A stretch of DNA of 63,907 bases, filler included, from Vicugna vicugna (GCA_013265495.1; 79 parts of 76 records of this genome joined end to end with filler, not necessarily neighbours in it), one strand, 5' to 3'. Positions 11,881 to 24,756 are shown, counted from the first letter of the whole stretch. Notes: generated by a model not told the origin, from the letters alone. Translations and numbers: made by a program.

Positions 11881-12677
11881 TGTATTCCTATGTTGCTGGT
11901 TGTAGTTAAAATTTCTCAACTTCACTTGTAGTTGCACTGACTAATACTTGGTATTAGAGCCGAAACCCCACTTTCCCCTGCACTCCAGCATATGCAAACC
12001 ATCAGGGAAGGCAAGTTAAGGGATTCAAGAACACAAGCGCTGCTGACAGTTGGAGGAACGTCCCAAAACTCAGGATTCCGGAACCCAACATTTTGTGGCG
12101 TGGAGATGTGNNNNNNNNNNNNNNNNNNNNNNNNNNNNNNNNNNNNNNNNNNNNNNNNNNNNNNNNNNNNNNNNNNNNNNNNNNNNNNNNNNNNNNNNNN
12201 NNNNNNNNNNNNNNNNNNNNNNNNNNNNNNNNNNNNNNNNNNNNNNNNNNNNNNNNNNNNNNNNNNNNNNNNNNNNNNNNNNNNNNNNNNNNNNNNNNNN
12301 NNNNNNNNNNNNNNNNNNNNNNNNNNNNNNNNNNNNNNNNNNNNNNNNNNNNNNNNNNNNNNNNNNNNNNNNNNNNNNNNNNNNNNNNNNNNNNNNNNNN
12401 NNNNAGGTGTTCCAAGGTTGGGGAAGTAGTTTCAAACCCTCCACTGCCCACAGAGATGCACTCTCTAATACTTGGCTTTAGAGCCCATCCCTCACCATCG
12501 CTCACTGCTAGGCCTAAGAAAACACTTAGGGAAGTCAAGCTACGGGATTCTATTCGAACCCAGGTGCTGCTGTCCGTTGGAGGAACCTCCCCACACTCAG
12601 AACACCAGAACACATCTTCGTGTGTGTGCTTTATGTAGGGAAACAGAGTCAAACCATCTTTCAGGGGGCACAGTTAT
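11881..12677 (+). repeat. Diverged ~266-bp satellite (SatB)
   Basis: Core GAACCCAGG(C/T)GCTGCTGTC..TTGGAGGAACCTCCCCACACTCAG; 12405-12490 is near-identical to the reverse complement of 37554-37640. Confidence 0.88.
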
Positions 12678-12834
12678 NNNNNNNNNNNNNNNNNNNNNNN
12701 NNNNNNNNNNNNNNNNNNNNNTTAATTAATTAANNNNNNNNNNNNNNNNNNNNNNNNNNNNNNNNNNNNNNNNNNNNCTGCACGGATTGGGGAGAGATGC
12801 GAACACATTGATGAGAGATGTTTTTCTATAATAG

Positions 12835-13118
12835 AGATTACTGACCTGGACACAGCTGTAGAGGATACCAGGCTCGCAAGTCATTCATGAGACCTATTGA
12901 ACCTCGCTGATACTGGCAGAAACATACGGAGTGCCAACGTGGACTTGAGGAAGTTCCTCAATTCTCTGCTCCAAGAACGGGTCCAAGATCCCTGACATCT
13001 AAAAGAGAAGAAATGGCAGAGGTGATCAAAACGCTCATGTTCTTGGAAGAGGTCGTGAGAATCCACATGTCCCAAGGGGCATTTCCAAGCCAATCAGACC
13101 AAAGTGCACCAAGCCCAG
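12835..13118 (+). pseudogene. Disrupted exon resembling the NBPF/PDE4DIP coiled-coil exon
   Basis: Acceptor TTTTTCTATAATAG, donor AGCCCAG|GTAAGC; ITDLDTAVEDTRLASHS*DLLNLADTGRNIRSANVDLRKFLNSLLQERVQDP*HL/(frameshift)EEMAEVIKTLMFLEEVVRIHMSQGAFPSQSDQSAPSP. Family assignment is a by-eye alignment to remembered NBPF sequence. Confidence 0.45.
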
Positions 13119-14517
13119 GTAAGCCTTTTCCCAGGTTTGGGCCTAGATAACAAGCACTTGCTCTTCCCTCCCCTCCACTCAGGCATCCATTTGGAAGGGT
13201 CAGTACCTGAGCTGCAATGAAGCCAGTACGAGAAGGGCAAACCCCTCCTCGAATCATAGTTCGTCCAGCTTTACACTCTGTGAACACAGTGAACTCCATA
13301 AAGGTCTAAAAGTCTCGACTGAAATAGATAGGGTATGAATAGTTATCTCACACAAAGAAACGATGGCCTTCCGCTAGATTCAGCAAATGCTGGGTTTGTG
13401 TCTTCTCTGGGGTGAAGGGAGTGTGGTAAGTGAGGGGAATCTTTGACTGAACTTGTATATGTATTTGGCCTCAGTTTCTCAAGACAGATCAGATAGTGAA
13501 CTGTAAAAGTCGCCAATGACATTAAAGACACAGCTTATGTGGATATTCTTTCATTGAGTCAAGTCCCCGTGGGCACTATCTCATGGGGGTGCAGACTCGG
13601 TTGCGTTAAATTAAATTGNNNNNNNNNNNNNNNNNNNNNNNNNNNNNNNNNNNNNNNNNNNNTTAATTAATTAANNNNNNNNNNNNNNNNNNNNNNNNNN
13701 NNNNNNNNNNNNNNNNNNGGTTGAGATTATCGATATGTCCCATGGCCACACCCAGTGCATCTGCAGGACCAGGGACCAATTGGGCATTTTGCCAATAGAG
13801 CACGTGTGGGGCTGAATCAGAGATATCGTGCATCTGGTCTGAGTGACCTAGGTGGCCTTGGGTTTGAAACCAGAATGAAAAGCCTTAGGATCTGCTACAT
13901 TCATAACCTGGGCTGGGATTATGGTTTGGTTTGAGGCACAGGATACGCAACAGCTCTGTGGTTGCCTTCGTGCACCCGTGCCACAAAGATGAGAGGACAA
14001 GGAAGAGTGGTCCAAGTCCACAGCGTGAGAANNNNNNNNNNNNNNNNNNNNNNNNNNNNNNNNNNNNNNNNNNNNNNNNNNNNNNNNNNNNNNNNNNNNN
14101 NNNNNNNNNNNNNNNNNNNNNNNNNNNNNNNNNNNNNNNNNNNNNNNNNNNNNNNNNNNNNNNNNNNNNNNNNNNNNNNNNNNNNNNNNNNNNNNNNNNN
14201 NNNNNNNNNNNNNNNTACAAAGCACAAGCACACTCTCAGTTTGCAGTTTTGGAAACACTCCAAAGTGACATGGAACAGAATGCAGAGCTGAAAACCTTTA
14301 GAAGCTTCATTTCCACCAGAGGACGTGTCCTGTGCACTTTTAGAATTGTGAGATAAGTGTAATCAGACTACTGTTATGCTAATCGAAATAGTATGGGGTG
14401 TTCATCACAATAAAGGCNNNNNNNNNNNNNNNNNNNNNNNNNNNNNNNNNNNNNNNNNNNNTTAATTAATTAANNNNNNNNNNNNNNNNNNNNNNNNNNN
14501 NNNNNNNNNNNNNNNNN

Positions 14518-15085
14518 AAGGCAGTACAGGTGAGGGCTTTCCCAGGAAAGGGCAGACCCAGGGGTGTGCAGACACATGAGAGGGCAGGCCCAGGAGTGCG
14601 CAGGACTAGGAGAGGGCAGGCCCAGGATTGTACAGGCCCAGGAGTGTACAGGCTCAGTAGTGTGCAGGCCCAGAATAGGGCAGGCCAAGGAGAAGTTAAT
14701 CCCTGGATTGTGCAGGCCCAGGTATATGCAGACACAGAAGTGTTCAGTCCCAGGAGTGTGCAGTCCTAGGAGAGAGTAGGACAGTTGAGGGCCGTCCCAG
14801 GTTGGAGCAGGCCCAGGATTGTACAGGCCCAGGAGATGGCTGAACCAGGGGTGTGCTGGCCCAGGAGTGATATGACCAGGAGTTTCTAGGCTCAGGAGGT
14901 GCCAGGCCCAGGATTGTGCAGACACAGGAGTGTGAATGCCCAGATCAGGCCCAAGAGCATGCAGACACACGAGTGTGCATGCCCAGGAGTGTGCAGACAC
15001 ACGAATGTGCAGGCCCAGGATTGTGCAGTCCCAGATGTGTAGGCACAGGGGAGGTCATATCCAAGTGTTCAGTTCCAGGATTGAA
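14518..15085 (+). repeat. 16-bp minisatellite (CAGGCCCAGGAGTGTG)n, degenerate
   Basis: Successive 16-mers CAGGCCCAGGATTGTA / CAGGCCCAGGAGTGTA / CAGGCTCAGTAGTGTG. Confidence 0.92.
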
Positions 15086-15185
15086 NNNNNNNNNNNNNNN
15101 NNNNNNNNNNNNNNNNNNNNNNNNNNNNNTTAATTAATTAANNNNNNNNNNNNNNNNNNNNNNNNNNNNNNNNNNNNNNNNNNNN

Positions 15186-15421
15186 GTGATTGCAGGATAA
15201 CCCAGTGGACTAGGCAGCCTCCCCAATAAAGGGGAAGTTATTTCACGGACTTCCAAGAACAGGGAACACCTGTGAATGAAGAGAGCTGCGTGGAGTTGTC
15301 TCTTGAGCTCCCCCACGCACTGACAATGGTTCCGGAATCCTGAGCGTGGGGAGGTTCCACCAACGGTCGGCAGCGAGTGGGTTCTAATGGAATGACTAAG
15401 CTCGTCTCCCCTGAGGGTTTT
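15186..15421 (-). repeat. 267-bp satellite SatA (single monomer)
   Basis: Matches SatA monomer. Confidence 0.95.
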
Positions 15422-15521
15422 NNNNNNNNNNNNNNNNNNNNNNNNNNNNNNNNNNNNNNNNNNNNTTAATTAATTAANNNNNNNNNNNNNNNNNNNNNNN
15501 NNNNNNNNNNNNNNNNNNNNN

Positions 15522-16253
15522 CCATTTTGTCCCATTAGGTGCAGCTATTCGACGTCCAGATTGATTATCCCAATCAGACCCTGGCCACTGAAACAGTTTT
15601 TTACAAATGAATGTAACATCAATAGTCCATTTACACAATCTTTGGGGTAGATATCCAAGATATTTCCAATCCTTTTTTGTCAAATGTCTTTCTGTGCCAT
15701 ACACGTCCTTAGCACAAGGCTGTTCTCTTTGCTCCCAACAGATATCCGCAGGGTTGGTTAATTGTCCCGTCTCTGGGGTAACCCATATATTTTCGTCCCA
15801 TATCTGATAAAAGTTTCCCATTAGTCGACCAGAAGCATCTATGGGTGTATCATGCTGCTCAGATTTTCTTTTATATAATCCCTCTTCGGTAACATTAGGA
15901 TCAAAAAATATTTCCGCGGTATCATTGTCAAGTGAACACCAAGCAAGATGAGACACATTATTAGAATAAGTATATCTATAAATTTTTTCATGCCATTCAT
16001 CCTGCTGTACTAATAATTTACATAGCGAAGAAAATTCTCGCTTAGTCAGAGGTTTTACCCACCAAGGTAGACTCCCAACAGATAACGGCATAGCACTGCA
16101 AACCCAACAATCAGATGAATTATGAAAGTCAGCATAAGCTTGAGCCCAAGACAAAAACACATTGGCGTGTGCACCAGGAAAAGATGACAAGGTAATAGAA
16201 CATAGTAATAGAACAGGCTCACAATTAAGAACATCAGTGACACAGGTGGATTT
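15522..16253 (-). mobile_element. Endogenous retrovirus env (gamma-type) SU fragment, stop-free for 244 codons
   Basis: Hydrophobic signal-like VLLLCSITLSSFPGAHA, NVFLSWAQAY, CWVC (CXXC) motif, LPWW, N-glycosylation sequons, and APNGTKW motif found near the SU C-terminal region; truncated by scaffold end. Confidence 0.88.
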
Positions 16254-16411
16254 TCAGTCATCTTCCCTATCTGATTCGCTTGTTGAACAAACTGCTGCAC
16301 CTGTGTCTCTGNNNNNNNNNNNNNNNNNNNNNNNNNNNNNNNNNNNNNNNNNNNNTTAATTAATTAANNNNNNNNNNNNNNNNNNNNNNNNNNNNNNNNN
16401 NNNNNNNNNNN

Positions 16412-16867
16412 GCGATTTCCACGTAATAGGAATGTAATTTACATGAATTCCATCAAGATGGCATTCCGGGTTTCGTACAAGCTACATGCATGACGGATTC
16501 GGCAATCATGCGTTTCCTACTTGTGAGCATGTGGATTACTGACCTTTCATCCACCAAACAAGGCGTATATAGGCTTAGAAATATTTAATCAGACTTCATA
16601 GTTTTTTTCTATCACCAGTTTCTAAAATCGGACATTTGGCACCAGAAAACACTCTTTGAGCGAATTCTCACCAATACACATATAATTTACATTGTTTACA
16701 TAACCATGGCATTACGTAACGTATTACGAACATATTTCATGAATCACGGATTCCTCAAACATGCATTTCTGAGTTGTGAACATGTGCATGACTGATGTTC
16801 CAACCATACAAGTTACATATGTACTTTGAAATATCTACTTTGTCTTTGTGGCTCTTCCTATCACCAG
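16412..16867 (+). repeat. ~245-bp satellite SatC
   Basis: Same monomer types as 3028-4045 and 42357-42922. Confidence 0.9.
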
Positions 16868-16967
16868 NNNNNNNNNNNNNNNNNNNNNNNNNNNNNNNNN
16901 NNNNNNNNNNNTTAATTAATTAANNNNNNNNNNNNNNNNNNNNNNNNNNNNNNNNNNNNNNNNNNNN

Positions 16968-17761
16968 CTAACAGAACCTAGGTGCTGCTGTCAGTTTGAG
17001 GAAACTCCCCACACCCAGAATACTAGAATATTTTTCGTGTGTGTGCTGGATGTAGGGAAAAAGTCAAAGCATCTTTCAGGGGGCATATTTATTCCATGTT
17101 TGTGGGTTGTATGTTAAAAACACACATCCCATGTATAGGCTCTCGCTTATACTTGATTAAGAGCCCAACCCCCTCTTTCCCACTCTCTCCAGCCTAGGCA
17201 TGCCATCAGGGAAAACAAGCTAAGGGATTCTATTAGAACCCAGGCGCTGCTGTCATTTGGAAGAGCCTCCCCACNNNNNNNNNNNNNNNNNNNNNNNNNN
17301 NNNNNNNNNNNNNNNNNNNNNNNNNNNNNNNNNNNNNNNNNNNNNNNNNNNNNNNNNNNNNNNNNNNNNNNNNNNNNNNNNNNNNNNNNNNNNNNNNNNN
17401 NNNNNNNNNNNNNNNNNNNNNNNNNNNNNNNNNNNNNNNNNNNNNNNNNNNNNNNNNNNNNNNNNNNNNNNNNNNNNNNNNNNNNNNNNNNNNNNNNNNN
17501 NNNNNNNNNNNNNNNNNNNNNGCTGTCATTTGGAGGAGCCTCCCCACAATCAGGATACCTGAGCACGTCTCCGTGTGTGTGCTGGAGGTGGGGAATCAGA
17601 GTCCACGCATTTTTCAAGGAGCACAGGTATTCCCAGGTTGTGGGATTTTGGTGAATAATTTCCTCTTCCCATGGAGAAGCACTCGCTAATACTTGGATTT
17701 ACAGCTCATCCCCCTGTTTCCCCCGCACACCGCCCTTGGCAAGCCATCATTGAAGTCAAGT
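16968..17761 (+). repeat. Diverged ~266-bp satellite SatB
   Basis: Reverse complement closely matches 53790-54110 and 54400-54530. Confidence 0.9.
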
Positions 17762-18169
17762 NNNNNNNNNNNNNNNNNNNNNNNNNNNNNNNNNNNNNNN
17801 NNNNNTTAATTAATTAANNNNNNNNNNNNNNNNNNNNNNNNNNNNNNNNNNNNNNNNNNNNTCATGATGTCTGGTCAGGTGAAGGCTATGCAATTGGGAG
17901 TTTCTACTTAATAAAAAGAAAAAATTACAAATAGAAAATTAGAAAAAGTGTGGTGACAGGGGCTCTTGGAAGTGGGCACCTTTAGCTTTCTTAGCTTCAA
18001 GTACAGTGGCCTATTGCCACGAGGACCCATCCTCGTCCTTTGAAGTTGGAGGGACCAGTGGGTTCAGTGGGAATGTTAATTGAGTGCATCTCATGGGCTG
18101 GGTATTGTCCTATTTGTACTGTGTGTTCATTATTTGAGACAGTGAGCTCACTTAACCTAAATAACCTCT

Positions 18170-18330
18170 TTAAAAAAATTATACTTTTTACTTTGAGATG
18201 TAATGTAGATTCCCATGTGATTCTAAGAGATTATATGGAGAGGGCCTATGGACACTTTGCCCAGTTTTCCTTAATGGTTCCATCTTGCAATGTTGGGGTA
18301 CAATTCATTACTGACTCACTAACAGTTTGA
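18170..18330 (-). mobile_element. Old L1M (L1MC/MD-like) 3' end
   Basis: TTTTTACTTTGAGATGTAATGTAGATTCCCATG...ACTTTGCCCAGTTTTCCTTAATGGT..CATCTTGCAA. Confidence 0.55.
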
Positions 18331-18672
18331 TGTTTGTGTTATTGCCCTCATTTCTATNNNNNNNNNNNNNNNNNNNNNNNNNNNNNNNNNNNNNNNNNNN
18401 NNNNNNNNNNNNNNNNNNNNNNNNNNNNNNNNNNNNNNNNNNNNNNNNNNNNNNNNNNNNNNNNNNNNNNNNNNNNNNNNNNNNNNNNNNNNNNNNNNNN
18501 NNNNNNNNNNNNTATTGCGTCTGTGGATCAGATGTTTTCTTAGGGTTATCTGATTCTTCAGCAGTACTGAGANNNNNNNNNNNNNNNNNNNNNNNNNNNN
18601 NNNNNNNNNNNNNNNNTTAATTAATTAANNNNNNNNNNNNNNNNNNNNNNNNNNNNNNNNNNNNNNNNNNNN

Positions 18673-19543
18673 GCTTTCCGTTAGAACCAACGCGCTGCAG
18701 ACCGTTGGTGGAACTTCGCCCGCTCAGGATTCTGGAACCATTGTCAGTGCGTGGGTGAGGTCTAGAGACAACTCCACGCAGCTCTCTTCAATCACAGGTG
18801 TTCCTTTTTCGGGGAAGTCCGAGAAATATCTTCCCTGACCTTGGGGAGGCAGCCTCTGTCACTGGGATATCCTGCAAACCCCCCTAGCATTCCGTGGTAC
18901 AGAGACATTAGGAAAACCCTCAGGGGAGACGAGCTTAGGCTTNNNNNNNNNNNNNNNNNNNNNNNNNNNNNNNNNNNNNNNNNNNNNNNNNNNNNNNNNN
19001 NNNNNNNNNNNNNNNNNNNNNNNNNNNNNNNNNNNNNNNNNNNNNNNNNNNNNNNNNNNNNNNNNNNNNNNNNNNNNNNNNNNNNNNNNNNNNNNNNNNN
19101 NNNNNNNNNNNNNNNNNNNNNNNNNNNNNNNNNNNNNNNNNNNNNNNNNNNNNNNNNNNNNNNNNNNNNNNNNNNNNNNNNNNNNNNNNNNNNNNNNNNN
19201 NNNNNNNNNNNNNNNNNNNNNNNNNNNNNNNNNNNNNNNNNNNNNNNNNNNNNNNNNNNNNNNNNNNNNNNNNNNNNNNNNNNNNNNNNNNNNNNNNNNN
19301 NNNNNNNNNNNNNNNNNNNNNNNNNNNNNNNNNNNNNNNNNNNNNNNNNNNNNNNNNNNNNNNNCCTCTGTCACTGGGATATCCTGCAAACCCCCCTAGC
19401 ATTCCCTGGCACAGAGACATTTGGAAAACCCGCAGGGGAGACGAGCTTAGGCTTTCCGTTAGAACCAACTCGCTGCAAACCATTGGTGGAACCTCCCCCG
19501 CTCAAGATTCTGGAACAATTGTCAGTGCGTGGGGGAGCTCGAG
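18673..19543 (+). repeat. 267-bp satellite SatA
   Basis: SatA monomers on both sides of an internal gap. Confidence 0.95.
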
Positions 19544-19643
19544 NNNNNNNNNNNNNNNNNNNNNNNNNNNNNNNNNNNNNNNNNNNNTTAATTAATTAAN
19601 NNNNNNNNNNNNNNNNNNNNNNNNNNNNNNNNNNNNNNNNNNN

Positions 19644-22632
19644 GAATACAGAATTCTGAATATATAATTTAGAATATAGAATATAGAATATGGAATATAG
19701 AATATAGAATAAAGGATACTGAACCCAGAATTTTGAACATGGAATGCAGAACACAGAATTTAGAATATGGAATACAGTATACTGAATATAGAATTTAGAA
19801 TATAGAATGTTGAACACAGTATAAAGAATATAGAATACGGAATGCAGAATATAGAATTTAGAATATACAATGAAGAACACAGNNNNNNNNNNNNNNNNNN
19901 NNNNNNNNNNNNNNNNNNNNNNNNNNNNNNNNNNNNNNNNNNNNNNNNNNNNNNNNNNNNNNNNNNNNNNNNNNNNNNNNNNNNNNNNNNNNNNNNNNNN
20001 NNNNNNNNNNNNNNNNNNNNNNNNNNNNNNNNNNNNNNNNNNNNNNNNNNNNNNNNNNNNNNNNNNNNNNNNNNNNNNNNNNNNAATAAAAAATAAATTT
20101 TAAAATATATTTAAGCCAGATTTTGGAACATGGAATTCAGAACTCAGAATTTCGAATATACAATACAGAAAACTGAATAGACAATTTAGAATATAGAATG
20201 TAAAACACAGAATTTAGAATATAGAATAAATAATACTGAATATAAAATTTAGAATATACAATGTAGAACACAGAATATAGAATGTAGAATAGATAATTTA
20301 GAATCCAGATATAAGAACATGGAATTCTGAACACAGAATTTAGAATATAGCATACATACTACTGAATATAGAATTTAGAATATAGAATGTAGAACCCAGA
20401 ATGAATAATATAGAATATAGAATGCTGAATATAGGATTTAGAATATAGNNNNNNNNNNNNNNNNNNNNNNNNNNNNNNNNNNNNNNNNNNNNTTAATTAA
20501 TTAANNNNNNNNNNNNNNNNNNNNNNNNNNNNNNNNNNNNNNNNNNNNGAATATAGAAAATATAATACAGAATACAGAAACCAGAATTTAGAAAATAGAA
20601 TGCAGAACGCAGAATATAGAATATAGAATACAGAACACAGATCCCAGAATTTAGAACATGGATTTCAGAAATCGATTTTAGAATATAGAATACAGAATAT
20701 TGAATGAAGAATACAGAATGTACAACACATTATATAGAATATAGAATAGAAAATGCAAAACACAGAATATAGAATATAGAATTCAGAATTCAGAAAATAG
20801 AATGAAGAATACACAATGAAGAATACAGAATATTGAATATAGAATACAGGATACAGAATATAAAATGTAGAAAATAGATTGTAAATAACAGAATATAGAG
20901 TATAGAATGAAAAATACAGAACCCAGAATTTAGAAATTGGAATTCAGAAATTATAGAAATTGGAATTCAGAACACAAAATTAAGAATATTGAATAAAGAA
21001 TATAGAATGTAGAAAACAGAATGTAGAATAAAGAACAGAGAATATAGAACACAGAATACANNNNNNNNNNNNNNNNNNNNNNNNNNNNNNNNNNNNNNNN
21101 NNNNTTAATTAATTAANNNNNNNNNNNNNNNNNNNNNNNNNNNNNNNNNNNNNNNNNNNNAAATACAGCTTAGAGAATATTGAAGCCAGATTTTGGAACA
21201 TGGAATTCAGAACTCACAATTTGGAATATAGAATACAGAATAATGAATATACAATTTAGAATATAGAATGTAGAACACAGAATATAGAATATAGAATACA
21301 GAATACTGAATATATAGTTTAGAATATAGAATGTAGAACACAGAATTTAGAATATATAATAAAGAATACTGAATATAGAATTTAGAATATAGAATGTAGA
21401 ACACAGAATATAGAATGTAGAATACAGAATAAAGANNNNNNNNNNNNNNNNNNNNNNNNNNNNNNNNNNNNNNNNNNNNNNNNNNNNNNNNNNNNNNNNN
21501 NNNNNNNNNNNNNNNNNNNNNNNNNNNNNNNNNNNNNNNNNNNNNNNNNNNNNNNNNNNNNNNNNNNNNNNNNNNNNNNNNNNNNNNNNNNNNNNNNNNN
21601 NNNNNNNNNNNNNNNNNNNNNNNNNNNNNNNNNNNNNNNNNNNNNNNNNNNNNNNNNNNNNNNNNNNNNNNNNNNNNNNNNNNNNNNNNNNNNNNNNNNN
21701 NNNNNNNNNNNNNNNNNNNNNNNNNNNNNNNNNNNNNNNNNNNNNNNNNNNNNNNNNNNNNNNNNNNNNNNNNNNNNNNNNNNNNNNNNNNNNNNNNNNN
21801 NNNNNNNNNNNNNNNNNNNNNNNNNNNNNNNNNNNNNNNNNNNNNNNNNNNNNNNNNNNNNNNNNNNNNNNNNNNNNNNNNNNNNNNNNNNNNNNNNNNN
21901 NNNNNNNNNNNNNNNNNNNNNNNNNNNNNNNNNNNNNNNNNNNNNNNNNNNNNNNNNNNNNNNNNNNNNNNNNNNNNNNNNNNNNNNNNNNNNNNNNNNN
22001 NNNNNNNNNNNNNNNNNNNNNNNNNNNNNNNNNNNNNNNNNNNNNNNNNNNNNNNNNNNNNNNNNNNNNNNNNNNNNNNNNNNNNNNNNNNNNNNNNNNN
22101 NNNNNNNNNNNNNNNNNNNNNNNNNNNNNNNNNNNNNNNNNNNNNNNNNNNNNNNNNNNNNNNNNNNNNNNNNNNNNNNNNNNNNNNNNNNNNNNNNNNN
22201 NNNNNNNNNNNNNNNNNNNNNNNNNNNNNNNNNNNNNNNNNNNNNNNNNNNNNNNNNNNNNNNNNNNNNNNNNNNNNNNNNNNNNNNNNNNNNNNNNNNN
22301 NNNNNNNNNNNNNNNNNNNNNNNNNNNNNNNNNNNNNNNNNNNNNNNNNNNNNNNNNNNNNNNNNNNNNNNNNNNNNNNNNNNNNNNNNNNNNNNNNNNN
22401 NNNNNNNNNNNNNNNNNNNNNNNNNNNNNNNNNNTATAGAATGTAGAACACAGAATATAGAATATAGAATATAGATTATAGAACCCAGAATTTAGAACAT
22501 GGAATGAATAACACAGAATTGAATATAGCATACGGAATACTGAATATAGAATTGAGAATATACAGTGTAGAACAAAGAATATAGAATTTAGTATATGGAA
22601 TGCAAAATATAGTATGTAGAATCTAGAATGAA
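19644..22632 (+). repeat. Heptamer-based satellite (three separate scaffolds: 19644-20448, 20549-21060, 21161-22632)
   Basis: 7-bp periodicity with recurring AGAACCCAGAATTTAGAACATGGAATGC landmark. Confidence 0.95.
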
Positions 22633-22733
22633 ANNNNNNNNNNNNNNNNNNNNNNNNNNNNNNNNNNNNNNNNNNNNTTAATTAATTAANNNNNNNNNNN
22701 NNNNNNNNNNNNNNNNNNNNNNNNNNNNNNNNN

Positions 22734-24081
22734 CTGGATTCTGTATTCTGTATTCTATATTCTCTATTCTGTGTTCTAATTCTGTATTCTACATTCTATT
22801 TCTGTATTCTATAATCTATATTCTGTGTTCTGCATTCCATTTTCTTAATTCTGGGTTCTGAATTCTGTATTCTATATTCTATTTTCTATGTTGTATATTC
22901 TATATTCTACATTCTATTTCTGTATTCTATATTCTATCTTCTGTCCTACTTTCCATGTTCTAAACTCTGAGTTCTGTATTCTTGATTCTATATTGAATAT
23001 TCTGTGTTCGACAATCTATATTCTACATTCTATATGCTGTATTCTGTATTAAAATCCTGTATTCTGTGTTCTGAATTCCATGTTCTAAATTCTGGTTTCT
23101 GTATTTTTTATTCTATATTCTATACTCTGTGTTCTGCATTCCATGTGCTAAATTTTGTATTCTGAATTCTACATTCTCTATTCTGTGTTCTACATTCTCT
23201 ATTCTAAATTCTATATTCTGAATTCTGTATTCTAAATTCTAAACTCTGTGTTATGAATTCCATGTTCTAAATTCTGAGTTCTGCATTCTGTATTCTATAT
23301 TCTATATTCGGAGTTCTGCATTNNNNNNNNNNNNNNNNNNNNNNNNNNNNNNNNNNNNNNNNNNNNNNNNNNNNNNNNNNNNNNNNNNNNNNNNNNNNNN
23401 NNNNNNNNNNNNNNNNNNNNNNNNNNNNNNNNNNNNNNNNNNNNNNNNNNNNNNNNNNNNNNNNNNNNNNNNNNNNNNNNNNNNNNNNNNNNNNNNNNNN
23501 NNNNNNNNNNNNNNNNNNNNNNNNNNNNNNNNNNNNNNNNNNNNNNNNNNNNNNNNNNNNNNNNNNNNNNNNNNNNNNNNNNNNNNNNNNNNNNNNNNNN
23601 NNNNNNNNNNNNNNNNNNNNNNNNNNNNNNNNNNNNNNNNNNNNNNNNNNNNNNNNNNNNNNNNNNNNNNNNNNNNNNNNNNNNNNNNNNNNNNNNNNNN
23701 NNNNNNNNNNNNNNNNNNNNNNNNNNNNNNNNNNNNNNNNNNNNNNNNNNNNNNNNNNNNNNNNNNNNNNNNNNNNNNNNNNNNNNNNNNNNNNNNNNNN
23801 NNNNNNNNNNNNNNNNNNNNNNNNNNNNNNNNNNNNNNNNNNNNNNNNNNNNNNNNNNNNNNNNTGTATGCTACATTCTGTATTATGTATTCTGTATCCT
23901 ATATTCTAAATCCTGTGTTCTGAATTTCATGTAGTAAATTCTGTGTTTTATGTACTGTATTCTATATTCATATTCTGTGTTCTAAATTGTGTACTCTACA
24001 TTCTATATTCTGTGTTTTATATTCTATATTCTGTGATCTACATTCTCAATTCCACATTCTATTTCTGTATTCTATATTCTT
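22734..24081 (-). repeat. Heptamer-based satellite (ATATTCT)n orientation
   Basis: Reverse-complement 7-bp periodicity. Confidence 0.95.
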
Positions 24082-24181
24082 NNNNNNNNNNNNNNNNNNN
24101 NNNNNNNNNNNNNNNNNNNNNNNNNTTAATTAATTAANNNNNNNNNNNNNNNNNNNNNNNNNNNNNNNNNNNNNNNNNNNN

Positions 24182-24656
24182 ATTCTAATAGAACCCAGGT
24201 GCTGCTGTCATTTGGAGTAGTCTCCATATGCTCAGGATTCCAGAAGGCTTCTTCGTGTGTGTCCTGTTGGTGGAGAAACTGTCCACGCATATTCCAGGGG
24301 GCAAAGGTATTCCCTTGTTGGGGGTTGTTGGTTAAACACCTCCAATTCCCATGGAGAGGCACTCATTATTACTTGGATTTAGAGAACAAATCCCACTTTG
24401 AACCGCACTNNNNNNNNNNNNNNNNNNNNNNNNNNNNNNNNNNNNNNNNNNNNNNNNNNNNNNNNNNNNNNNNNNNNNNNNNNNNNNNNNNNNNNNNNNN
24501 NNNNNNNNNNNNNNNNNNNNNNNNNNNNNNNNNTATCCGCACTCCACGTAGATGGATGTGGGCACAGGTGTACCCCTTTAGGGGGAATTTATCTAACTAG
24601 TTCCTCAGTCCATCGGGGGGCACTCGCTACTATTTGGCACCAAAGCCCAACCCCCA
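24182..24656 (+). repeat. Diverged ~266-bp satellite SatB
   Basis: ATTCTAATAGAACCCAGGTGCTGCTGTCATTTGGAG core. Confidence 0.85.
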
Positions 24657-24756
24657 NNNNNNNNNNNNNNNNNNNNNNNNNNNNNNNNNNNNNNNNNNNN
24701 TTAATTAATTAANNNNNNNNNNNNNNNNNNNNNNNNNNNNNNNNNNNNNNNNNNNN

